DNA of 64,000 nucleotides, from contig OX597836.1 of NCBI GenBank assembly GCA_951406725.2, positions 806,001 through 870,000 on the forward strand, written 5' to 3'. Below are positions 52,070-64,000 of this stretch, in pieces. The position numbers and the translations under genes were made by a program. Under the pieces are notes generated by a model. That model ran no database searches. It saw only the letters and a program-made list of their open reading frames with translations, and was not told the origin of the DNA. The stretch's first letter is position 1. Every line of letters starts with the position of its first letter. The DNA comes from Octopus vulgaris. Its lineage: Eukaryota.

Positions 52070-52780
52070 AGTCGGCGGCGAGCTTTGTAGAATCGTCAGC
52101 GCATCAGTGAAAATGCTTAGCGGCACTTTTTCTGGTTCTTCACGTTATGAGTTCAAATTCTGCCCCGGTCGACTTGGGCTTTTATCGGTTCATGGTCAAT
52201 AAAATAAGTAACAATGTAATCGGACTAATCCCTTCCCGCTAAAATTGCTGACCTTGCGCCTAAATTGAAACAATTTTTAAAAAGTGTTGATAAGCTGCTT
52301 AAATCGTTAGCATGCCGGACAAAATGCTTTGTGGAATTTCATCCGTGTCTATGTTCCGTTGAGATCGACTTTCATTCTTTCGGAAGAATTGTTTCAAGTT
52401 TAGGCTTAAGACCGGACATTTTAAGGGAATGAGATAGTCGATCGGAATGACCCATCACCTAACTGATATTTTATTGTATCGGCCCTGAAAGGATGAGAGG
52501 TAAAGTTGACCTCAGCGGGAATTGAACTCGAAGGCACTTTTTTCAGACTCTCTAATGATTCAGCTCGCCACCATGATGATTATAACGTTTTCAAATTTTG
52601 CCACAAGGGCAGCCATTTTGTGGGAGGGGATAAGTCGATTACCTCGACCCCAGTGTTTCACTGGTACTTAATTTATCGAATTAAGTCGACCTCGGTGGAA
52701 TTTGAACTCAGAACGTAACGACGGGCGAAATACCGCTAAACATTCCGTCCAGCGGGCTAACGATTCTGCCAGCTCACCGT
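52070..52780. mobile_element. Cluster of four SINE A copies (+,+,-,-)
   Basis: ~52070-52270(+), 52290-52383(+, partial), 52390-52570(-), 52587-52780(-). Confidence 0.75.
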
Positions 52781-52783
52781 AGC

Positions 52784-52840
<57 letters not shown>

Positions 52841-54195
52841 TTATTTTATTGGTTACGGGGACCCAAGTCATTGAAGAGTGCATAAAAAGGTGACGCGTTC
52901 ATCGATCAAAATGGGGAAATAATAATAAAAATTAATAATAATAATGATAATAATAATAATCACGATCATAATTTCTAACATAGACATGGTTATAGCTTCC
53001 AGATCAGCGTTGATCTAAGGCATTCCAGCTGTGACCATCCAATTCGTTTATTTATTTGCACGTACGCGGGCGTGTGTGTGTGTGTTGTAACAGCGAACCC
53101 TAATTTATCGAAAGTGTTTCCCTTTATTTTGTCCTTTTAAAAGAGCAAAGGGTAGATTTGAGGGGTATTTGGGTGCTGTTACTCCTCTCAAGTCTAAAAT
53201 TCCTCGTTTGGCACGCAGTTGTTGTTGTTGTAACTAATGTTATTGTTCGTTAACTGATTTAATAATAATAATAATGATAATAATAACAACAACAACAACA
53301 ATCGTTTCTGAAATGATGAGACTGACGCACTGCCGACTGCGCTGGCGATAGCAACAACAGAAATTCTTTTCATTCCGATAATTGGAAGCGTTATTCTGTG
53401 GGGATTACTGACGTATGGAGTCTATTTCGTGTAAATGGAGTTTGCATGACACAGAACGATAGCTGAATGAAAGACTGGAGATGGAATGATGGAGATTAAG
53501 GGGAAAGAGGAACAAAGGAGGAGAAAGAAGCAGACGACTGCGACGAGGATGAAGATGTTAGTAGGGGGGAGGGCGGAGGGAGGAGGAGAGAATGGAACTG
53601 AGGATGAGGAGAGGGAGAAAAACTGATTGAAAGATATGGAAGAAGAGAAGAAGAAGTGAAAGTGAAAGTCAATGGATGTGACGGAGGAGGTGAGCAGGGT
53701 GAAGGAAAAGCTGAATGAAAGATATGGAGGGAAGGAAAAAGGAAGGAAAAAGGAAGGAAGGAAGAAAACCGTAGTTTATAGTATTTGGAGGAGAGAAGAA
53801 AGTAGCGGCTGAGGAGAGGAGGAAATCAAGAATATAAATGAAAGAGAATGGAGACGTGGTGGGGGGGGGGTGAGAGGGGGGTGGAGACGAGGAAAGAAGA
53901 ACGAAGAATACAAAAGAAGAAGAACAATAGGAATTACACAACGAAGAAGGAAATTAGAAAAACGGGAAAACGAAGGGCTGAAAGGAAAGAAAAGGAACAA
54001 ATAATTATGTGTTGTTTAACCCCAGGTCAGGTTTGATGGAACAGATCTAGGATTAAAGAAATCCCACTTGCAATCATCTCCGCACCACCTTTGTATATTG
54101 TCCAGGTTTATCCTTCCTTTTTTACTTTCTTTTAAACAGTATAGTGTGTGATTTGAGGGGGATTTGACTCCTATTTCAAAACATTTCCTTTTCTA

Positions 54196-54603
54196 GGCGC
54201 AGGCGTGACATGGGCGTCGATTCGTCTCTCCGTGGTTTGCTTCCGAATCAATGGTGACTGGGTCAGTCTCGCTGCGTGGCACTTGGGGCAAAGGCAAGTG
54301 TCTTCTCCGGTGGCACCCGCCGACTAAAGACTGTGGGTGGATTTGATTGACGGAGACTGAAAGAAGCCCGCTTTGTGTATGTATATATGTGTGTGTGCGT
54401 CTTTGTGTTTGTCTCTCACCACTGTTTGACAACCTGTGTTGGTTTGTTTAACCCCCCTCCCTATAACTTATCCTTTCGGGAAAAGACCGATAAATACGAG
54501 GCTTTTAAAAAGATAATGAGAATTGATTTGTTCGACTAAACCTTTTCAAGCCAGTGCCCCAGCATGGCCGCAGACCATTGACTGAAACGAGTAAAACATA
54601 AAA
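54196..54603 (+). mobile_element. SINE family B (CpG-retaining)
   Basis: ggcgcaggcgtg..actgaaagaagcccg..gtgccccagcatggccgcag. Confidence 0.8.
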
Positions 54604-55411
54604 GAATATCGCTCAGAGGAAGAAGAGCATCGTTGGTTTTTGTTGTTGTTTTTGTTATTCGGGATCCCTAGAATTGGGGGGAAGAAGGGAGATAATTCTT
54701 CTCAGACTGGAGATGCGACCCAAATGTTCGCAAAAAGACACTTGAAGGTCAGGGATGGGGAGTTAAACCGGTCGATGCTTAGATCATAATTTAAGTTGAT
54801 CGAAGGTTATTTCAATTCATATTATACACGAGAGACTATTTGCATTGAGTTGACAGAACGCAACCCTGTGCCATTTTCTCTTGGCCACATTGTGTATATA
54901 ATGTGCACCACTGCATCTATCATCGTTGATGGTGAAGTGAAAGGACAAACGTGAGGATCGAGGAGTCAAACTTCAAACACTGTACAGTATTTGTACGACA
55001 GAATAAAAAGAAGGGCAATTTATGCTACCATTCTTTTATCTATTTATTTACCCATATTTGTCATTATCCTTCGTTCCTAAAATCGGTCACACACGCAAGC
55101 ACACACACACGCAAGCACACACACACACGTATTAATAAAAAAGGTAGACCCTCTTCTTCATTCTAGTCCCTTTCACACTTCTCGCCTCTCGCTTCACTTC
55201 CAGCACTTGACATATATCTTCACATTCTTTCATATTCACTGAGTTCAAAGAAACGACCATGCCATCGGTCCATCCATTGTATGCCTATCGTCAGGCATGA
55301 CTGTGTGGTTCCAGTTTCAATCCCACTACCTGGCACTTTGCTCAAATACCGTTTACATGTACTGCGACAGTCAGACACCACCGCACAACAAGGCGGGGAT
55401 CTTTTCCCTTT

Positions 55412-55730
55412 CAATGGCAGATCGAGAAATTAAGTTTTTGTAACTAAACACTTCGGACACTGGTAGAATGTGTCATATAAAACATCTTTTCCTCTTAGTG
55501 TTGTTGAGAAAAGTTTATATTTTCAAAGTTATTTCATGTTAAAGTTGTCGTATTTCGGTCATTTCAACCAATCAATGACGTGTATTTAGCTGAATAAAAT
55601 TACTGCCGTTGTTTGTCAACAACAACTTCCGGCGGTGTATATTTCGTTTGTCACTGTTATTTATGACATCGTTCGAGCGTTTGTGCTGGTTTTAGCTTTA
55701 AGGTTTTAGGGTTAGGGTTAGATGGGAAAC
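55412..55730. repeat. Unclassified repeat-like segment ending in telomere-type TTAGGG units
   Basis: ttagggttagggttag 55706-55721; lies between SINE B head-like (~55300) and tail (55760-55820) fragments. Confidence 0.4.
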
Positions 55731-55830
55731 GTGAAGAAAGGAAACACACAGAAATATGATCGACTAAAAAACCTTCAAAGCAGTGCCCCAGCATGGCCGC
55801 ACTCATAGCTGAAACCTGCAAAATGATTGT

Positions 55831-55864
<34 letters not shown>

Positions 55865-56202
55865 TGTGTGTGTGTGTGAGAGAGGGGGGATGGAGAACGA
55901 AAAGTAGTCCCAACTGGTTCTGACGGTGAATGTGCCACAAAACGGATATCTGGGACAGATGAAAATAAAGGGGTGGAAGGTAAGGGTGTTGTAGTAAAAC
56001 TTATCCGACCCACCCTCCCCTCTGTAGAATGGAGGGTGCGGGATGTTAGTGTCAGTTTGGAATCTTTGAGGTTAACAGGTGCTATGGTAACACAGGCGCC
56101 TACTCAGAACACACACACACATACACACACGAACACACACACACACATGCACTTCAACATATTTATGAAAAAAGCAGCCCACACAAAGCCACCTGAAAAC
56201 CA

Positions 56203-56238
<36 letters not shown>

Positions 56239-56924
56239 CCCTCACTTTCTACATTTTCTCTGTAGATTTCATCTGGCCTAATAACTGCGAATGCGTATAC
56301 ATGTATTCTATGCATGCATTCATGTATGTATAAGTTGGTGCGCGCGCGCACACACACATATTTTTTCTCTCGCAGCATTTTCCTATCGACCTCGTTGGAC
56401 GGTGTTGGAATATTCTCTGCAGAATAACCAATGTCTTCACGTTCCATTTTATCCGAGAGTTCGTGGCAATCGTGAATTTGTAGAAGCGCGAAGCATTGGT
56501 GCAGCTTTCAAACATAAACCACGTAAGACACTCTGTGTCCGGGTCGCGGATGGATCGTCAATGTATCAGACATCCAGAAAAGAAGCACACTCGAAAGTAT
56601 ACCGTTGACAGAACATACTAAAAGCCTAGAATCTCTCCGTAGACAGGTGGGTATTGTTTCTCTGGCGAAAGTCTAACAACACTGAGAAACTAGTCAAATT
56701 GATTCCTTTCTTTTTGCTGTTGATGGAAAGATAAACTTCAAACTTCGTTATTTATTCTATTTCACTCAATTCCTTCTTTCCTGTAATATATGGGGGTATT
56801 CTACATGTACTAGATTCCATATTTGTGAAATTCTTCTGATTGTGTGCACAGATTTGAGGTGAGTAAATATATAAAACCTACAGCTTGGAAGAGGTTGCCC
56901 AGGCCGGCCTTGGATGGTCATTTC

Positions 56925-57510
56925 ATTAGCTGCAAATAAGTTTATTTTCCAACCACATGACTGCGGGTTTGGTCTCACTGCGGGACTCCTTGGACATGTG
57001 GCTTCTACAATAGTTCTGGGCCACCCAAAGCCTTGTGAGTGGATTTAGTGGATGAAAATTGAAAGAAGCTCGTCGTGTGCGTGTATTAATGTGTGTGTGT
57101 GTGTGGAATAATTATAAACAAGGCAGATTTTAGCCATTTCTCCACATACTGGAAAAAATTATGAACAACCTGAATCGATTTTCGAACCTTTTTGGGTTCT
57201 CGTCTGAGGCGTCTACACCATTCTGACAGCCTCCTGAGAAACAAATGCAACAGTTACTCTATGAAGGAGTCACTAACTTGCATATATCTATGGGTGTGTC
57301 ATTTTGTCTATGTTATCCAGATCCAGCTCTATCACCACTTGACAACCGGTGTTGGTGTTTTTACGTCTCCACAACTTAGCGGTTTGTCAAAAGACAGCGA
57401 TAAAATACGAGGCTTAAAAAATAAGTTCTGGGGTCGATTTGTTCGAATAAAATCCTTGCAGGCAGTGCTCCAGCATGGCCGCAGTCATTGGACTGAAGTA
57501 AGTAAGAGAA
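56925..57510 (+). mobile_element. SINE family B split by ~230 bp of unrelated sequence
   Basis: 5' half 56925-57100, 3' half 57330-57510. Confidence 0.7.
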
Positions 57511-59225
57511 ACTATGTGTGTGTGCAAAAGAAACTCATTATGCAACGCAAGACTTTAATGGAAGTCCTCGGTTGAAAGACATGAAAAATGAAGCAGAAAA
57601 CTATAAACACTAAAAATGGGTGCTATATGATCCTTCATTATGTGTACGTTTCTATTTGCTTTTTTTTTCTCTACCAATATTACACACACACACACATACG
57701 TTTATATATAAATATGTAAAGATTTTGTTTTCGGAAAGATCGTGCTTGGCGACTGAATGAATAAAATTTACGACAAGTATTCTTTGTATGCAACATTCTG
57801 AGAAAAAAATGGATCTCGCATAGTTCCTTGAAATTGGAAACCAGTATTTGTTGCATTTCGGTTGACCGTTTTACTAATTATACCAAACACACTTTGACAT
57901 CTTCGATCAAATTACAAGGGTTTTACTGCTATGAACAAACATTATTACCGCATTACATATTTCAAGAAGATCACAGATTCCATGGAGACCATATACACAT
58001 ATATAAGAGGCACATTTTTTAAAGAAATTACGAAGAGTACGTTTGTGCCTAGTATAAACCACTACAGGCGAATACTTCCCTCCTCTCCACTCTGGACATA
58101 ATTTCAGCAGTGTAAACACTTTGTTTACTTTTCACAGCCAAGTTAAATTGTGCGATTCTTAAAAGAAAGAATTGCTGCATTCAATCGATGTGTTTTCAAA
58201 TAAATATCCAGAGATCATTCATTGAACGCATGAACGAACAGCATTCATCCAAATATAACTGTCCCCCCCCACACACACACACGAAGTTGAAAGATTTTTT
58301 TTAAACAACTGTTTAGAATAGGGTAGAGATTAATTGTCAGGATGAAACATATAGGTAACCATTACCACTCAGAACAGAATATTTACTTGACAATACCTTT
58401 ATTTGTATTTTCTACCAGATAATGCTTCACCCCAGTGTAAAACACGCAAGCACGCATAAAACGAGCTCCTGCATTTTACCTGTATTCAATAGCACTAACG
58501 AGGGGGGACTGGCAACTAACGTGACTGCAAACCTCTAAGCTACGCATTTATGCCCTCGCCGAGTTAAAAAAATATGGCTAAAATTTAATCGCGGGTTAGT
58601 GAATTAAGAATTATTAACCAGTGAATATAGGTCTACGAAGATACCTGGATTCAACTCGCACCAAGTTCTCGTGTCTTTATTCCACATTGCAAATAATCTT
58701 CCGATCTGCAGACGTTGATCTGGAACGTAAGTATATGTTCGGCTTTCAATCTCTCGCTTAACCTCCAAATATGTGTCAACATAATGTAACAAAGCATTTC
58801 CCCTGAAGACCTGTTGTAGATCTTCATCTAATTACAATACAAACACCCGCTGCAGAGAATGCAAATAGCTGCAATGGTGTAAAGTGCATTGGCAACAAAT
58901 AGTACAGATTTGCGTTTATCATACATAATCCTCACTGTGTCTTTCTCGGTCTGTCTCTCTCTCAGATATATATATATGTGCGTGTGTGTGTGTGTGTGTA
59001 GGCAAGCATACATGCGTGCGTGTATAGTATGCCTGATGCAAGAGAAATAACAAAGTTCCTAGAACGTTGCCTACTCTTATTTGTGTAAACATTAATTTTG
59101 AAAACACGCAGAGACTCGTTGAAGCTCGTCCAAAATGGAAGCGATTACCAACGTTTCAAAGTGAATCGTTAGAAATTCTTCCCATACGAAATCATTGATA
59201 GGATTGTTAATCTGAGAGAGAGGGA

Positions 59226-59257
<32 letters not shown>

Positions 59258-59274
59258 TATCACATAACCGCTCA

Positions 59275-59428
59275 TGCGCTTATGTGATAAAAAGTTTGCG
59301 CCTCAACCACATGGTTCCGGGTTCATTTCCACTGCATAGTACCTTAGGCAAATGCTTTTTACTATAGTCTTGGACCGACCAAAATCTTGTGAGTAGATTT
59401 GTCAAACAGAAACTGAAAGAAACCCATC

Positions 59429-59495
<67 letters not shown>

Positions 59496-59620
59496 AACCC
59501 CGCTTGACAATCGGTGTTAGAGTGCTTATGTCCTTGTAACTTTGTGGTTCGGCAAAAGAGACCGATAGAATAAGTACCAGGCTTTAAAAAGAAGTACAAG
59601 AATCGATTCATTCGACTAAA
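59275..59620 (+). mobile_element. SINE family B, 3'-truncated
   Basis: aaccacatggttccgggttca..gaaactgaaagaa..gagaccgatagaataagtacc. Confidence 0.8.
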
Positions 59621-59643
59621 ATTGCTCAAGCTGCAAATATTAG

Positions 59644-59788
59644 AGGAGTTACTCAAGTGCTTTGAGTTTCGTCCCAAACCACTTATCAAACACTTATCGA
59701 TTAAGCACTGATGAAACTTTGGTAAGTGCCAAAAACCATTTAGGGATAAGTGCTTTGGAACGAAGTTTTGGGTCCACGAGTCACTCCT
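59644..59788. mobile_element. MITE-like element with ~43-bp imperfect TIRs
   Basis: ggagttactc..ttcgtcccaaaccacttatc vs rc ggagtgactc..ttcgttccaaagcacttatc. Confidence 0.55.
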
Positions 59789-60051
59789 TTGGGTATTATT
59801 TACGAATAAAATATTATGCGCGCGTGTATATGTGTGCGCGCACTTGTGTAAGTCAGTATATTGCGTGTGCGAGTATGAGTGGTTATAAGAGTGTAACCGT
59901 GTTGTGTGTGTGTCTGAAAGAGAGAGGGGGGAGGGGGGATAGAGAGAGTATGTATGTATGAACCTGTTGATATTACACACTCATTGATAATATATTCATA
60001 CTCTCTCTCTCTCCAAACATACAAAATCTGAGGGATTGTGACTGGAGACAT

Positions 60052-60083
<32 letters not shown>

Positions 60084-60314
60084 TTATGTGTGTGAGAGAT
60101 TGAACCAGCGACAGTGACGAGAGAAAGATATATATTCGTAGGAACCGGGGGAAACTTCGAAAAGCAGAAGAGAGACAAACGGAAATGATGACATATACAT
60201 CGAAAAAGATTTGTAAATAAAATTACATGTGTGAGGAGGATGAAGCAGAGATGGAGAGATAGAGAATGAAGGAGAAACAGAAGCACCCGAGCGCACAGAA
60301 AGGGACCAGAAGAA

Positions 60315-60370
<56 letters not shown>

Positions 60371-60944
60371 GTGAATGAGATCCATCTTCTCTTTTATGCG
60401 ATGTGCCATTGATGTGGAGAGAAGAAAGCAAGTGTGATTTAATGAGTAACTAATCGCCAGTTCTGAAGGGTTTGTTGTGAAAGTAAATAGTAAACAGGTG
60501 TGTAGAGAAATGGTGTGTATAATAAATGCTGATTTCATATACGTATGTCTGTGCACACACACACACATAGATATATATATAGAGAAAGAGATTTGCACAC
60601 ACACACACATACACGAATGTGTGAGGAGGGTAGTGGTATGAGGAGTCGATTTGTGTGGGTGAGTGTTTTTGTGAGTGCACAGTGAATATATATTTATGTG
60701 TGTGTTTGATACATAAGTCTGTGTGTATATGTAAACTAGTTTTTGTGTGTGTAGGAATGTGTGTGAGCGAGTTACAGTGGGGTGTGTACAACGAGTCTGA
60801 GTAAATATGCTGCGAATGACTTGTTGAGATTTTAAATTGGGTTCTATATATTTATTGCTGACACTATACATACATATGTCATATGTGCGTGGATGGACAC
60901 ACACATATGCTGATACATACAAGCATATGTGTGTGAGCGCGTGT

Positions 60945-60983
<39 letters not shown>

Positions 60984-61767
60984 TATATACATATATACAT
61001 ATACATGTACATATACATGTATACATATATACATACATATATACATACATATATACATACATATATACATATATACATACATATATATATATATATACAT
61101 ACACACACACACACACATATGTGCGTGTACATATACACACGAAATCAATCGTTTGAATAATCGGTGACGTGAAACTCCTAGTAACAATTCTCTTAAGCCG
61201 ATGATGATGGTTTTTTTTTTTTACCCTGGCGCAATGTCATGCATTTCTGGCGGAATGGTGGTGGCGTTTGGTTGATAAAATTGTTCTCAGTAATTGACTC
61301 GGAATGAAATTATTGCATCGATCCCAAAAGGATGCAACATGAAAGTGGAGCTGGAAGGGAGCGGGATTTTAACCCAAAACATGAAACAACGAAATGAAAA
61401 TATCGTAAAGATATTTGTGTCCAACATTTCCAAGTTCTTTCTTTTGAAAAACAGAAAACAAACCATCAAAACTTGCCGACATCAAGTTCCGTATCAAGGG
61501 ATTACCATTTGCACAGAATTAATTAAATTATTAATTGTGGCAGAATAAATAGTTTTTTTAAAAAATTTTATGACCGTGCATTTACGCATTCAACAGGATT
61601 ATCTATGGAACAAAATCAACGACATAATCCACATTTTTTAAAATAATGGTAGCAATGTTATGAAGATCTAACAGTTTACGCATCAAAATATAAATAAGAT
61701 GTAGGAGACACGAATCCATGGGTCTTCCTGGCTGGGGTTTTTCTTTCCTATATTCCTTATTTTATAA

Positions 61768-61955
61768 GGTGGGGAGCTGGGCAGAATTGTTTGCACGCCG
61801 GGCAAAATGTTTAGCGACATTTCGCTCATGTTTATGTTCTGAGTTCAAATGCCGCCTAGGTCGTCTTTGCTTTTCATCCTTTTGCAGTCGACAAAAATAA
61901 GTACCAGTTGAGTACTGGGGTCGATGCCATCGACTTACTCCCCCATCCCTGTGCC
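61768..61955 (+). mobile_element. SINE family A
   Basis: gagctgggcagaattg..ttctgagttcaaatgccg..aagtaccagttgagtactggggtcgat. Confidence 0.8.
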
Positions 61956-62228
61956 CAATATTTTTCTTTGCTACATTAACTAGGCCCACGTAACTTGGGC
62001 CTATTGGATTTGCTTGTCATTATTAACAATTCTGGCGATAAACAACAACAACAGCGATCTAACTTTTAAAAAGGCAAATAGGGAGCCTCCACGTGGTTAG
62101 AAATAGATGCCAAATCTCACTCAAATCGCACCCAAATGTTAGATTAAAAGATGCGATGGTCGCGGTTGAAACGTCTTTGAGCCGAGGTCTGCTGGATCTA
62201 GGTTCACTTTCAGATAGACAACATCAAT

Positions 62229-62307
62229 GCAACAACAACAAGCTTACAACCACTAGCAACAACAACAACAAGCTTACAACCACTAGCAACAACAACAACA
62301 ACAAGCT
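62229..62307. repeat. 27-30 bp tandem repeat (gcaacaacaacaagcttacaaccacta), about 2.5 copies
   Basis: Direct reading. Confidence 0.85.
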
Positions 62308-62455
62308 ATCACTTTCCTATTTCGGCAGACCAGTTAATATCGAGTTGAAACCGGAAGACGAATAATCTGAGGGGTTGGTTGTGGCGGTGGGCGACAATAA
62401 ATAAATAAAAGTCTGCTGAAAAGAAATGCTATAAAGAGACAGACAGACTGACAGG

Positions 62456-62515
<60 letters not shown>

Positions 62516-63905
62516 GTGGCAGAGAGAGAAAGAAAAAGAGTTCTTTGCATGGTGGAAATATTTGAAAGACATGGCGAGTGGTAAGAAGCGAATCAATTAA
62601 TTAAATGGTTGGCTTTAATTAAGTTTAGTGAAATTCTTTCGAAATATAAATCCTATTTCAATCGACCCTCGTTTCAGGCTGGGAGGAAATGACAGCCGCA
62701 GAGCGAAACAAGAAACCCAGAATGTATCAGAGCAAGTTTGTGTGTGTGTGTGTGGGGGGGGTGCGCTTTTGTATATCAGATATATGTATGTATGCAAGCG
62801 CCCGCATCCCCCCCTATATATAGAGAGAGAGGGGGAGAGAGAGAGCGTGGAATAGAATGCCTTGCGATGCTGGTTCCTGCCCCCAATGATCTAAGTTCAA
62901 ATCCGGTCAAAGACAGCTATACCATTCATTCATTCGGGACAGGTATATGAAGTAGCAAAGTATCAACCAAGTCCTGGAGCTGTCTCTTTTATCTTTCTTC
63001 GTCGCCTGTGCTCAGCTGTGGTGGGGAGGGATCCCTTGCTCTCCTTTGAAATGACCAACACACCTCATATATGCAGACAACGTTGAGAACTGGAAGGAAA
63101 GAACGCTGGTTATGTGCTCATTGAAACACACACAATTAACCAGACCCCGGTGAGACTGGTGGTACATTTGATCCGCAAAAGTTGAATTTATTCGTAAAGT
63201 TAAACTTCCTTCAATTTCTAAGCCATTGGAAGGCAGTTCCAAGTCCTTATGGAATGGTCCCAAAACTTCTCGCACGACGACATAGAGACGGAAGAAACTT
63301 CTAATTTTGTTTACGTATGTCCATGCGTGTGTATGTGTGTGTGTGCATGTGTTTATGTGCGTGTGCATACGTATGTGTGTGCGTTATACCCAAGTGTGTA
63401 AGGCGCACACATTTTTAAATGGGTGTAAAATATATGCATGTATGCAAATATTTACATATATGTGTGTTATATATGTGTGTGTGTGTGTTATATACATAAA
63501 AATGCTAGATTTTTATATGACGAATTATATACCCTTACAACTGACATACAGCTGTAAAAACGTTTATGTGCATATACGATACGAATATTTACTTATCAAG
63601 TTCATTTATACATACATACATACATAAGTACATACATGTATGTATGTATATATGTATGTATGCACATATACATCTATCTTTCTATCTACATATATGAACT
63701 TATATGCATGCATGCCATAATTATTTGCACGCATACTAGCACATGCGCACGCGAACACACACACAAAATGTGTTTGGATGCATGTGTTTTGGTAGTCTGC
63801 GGGTTTCTAAATATGAATATATTTATATAAAGATATGGACTTATAGATTCAGCTGTAGGCTTCTATAGGCGTGGGAACGTTTGATAATGTATGACATACA
63901 TACAT

Positions 63906-63974
<69 letters not shown>

Positions 63975-64000
63975 CACACACATTAAACTAGAAAAAACAT

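Noticed and set aside
56376-56522. Plus-strand 147-nt phase-1 exon (AFSYRPRW..HKP)
   Set aside because: Splice sites are plausible but the peptide is unrecognisable and the opposite strand resembles a PLE relic; not excluded
1-64000. Hundreds of short ORFs rich in HT, CV, YI, RE/LS runs
   Set aside because: Translations of (CA)n, (TA)n and (GA)n microsatellites that simply lack stops
1-64000. CRISPR array, rRNA, bona fide tRNA genes, prokaryotic operons
   Set aside because: No constant repeat with unique spacers; tRNA-like boxes occur only as SINE heads; sequence is eukaryotic

Overview
AT-rich, microsatellite-saturated eukaryotic DNA. Its SINE/LINE content and (CA)n/(TA)n/(AAT)n density resemble an octopod cephalopod (Octopus-like); this is inference from pattern recognition, with no search run. 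Nearly all ORFs in the supplied track are microsatellite noise, and I recognise no intact known host gene. The window reads as intronic/intergenic sequence full of TE relics: RTE, R4/Dong-like RLE, Tx1/L1-like and CR1/L2-like LINE fragments, a maT-type Tc1/mariner, three tRNA-SINE families, MITEs, and a young Penelope-like element (Naiad-type RT plus GIY-YIG) with 754-bp inverted pLTRs. Best leads: (1) two minus-strand polypyrimidine-CAG|GTAAGT sites, each followed by a short cryptic exon and donor, which is recursive-splicing ratchet-point architecture; (2) three type I hammerhead ribozymes sharing a variant CCGAUGA core, one inside a roughly 340-bp non-coding insertion; (3) a CCAAT-box promoter/first-exon module duplicated into a SINE by a multi-segment templated insertion; (4) sharp CpG-decay domain boundaries visible in paralogous SINEs; (5) a tentative plus-strand secreted precursor ending SPMLFRY-G-stop. 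All were read by eye, and TE boundaries are approximate.
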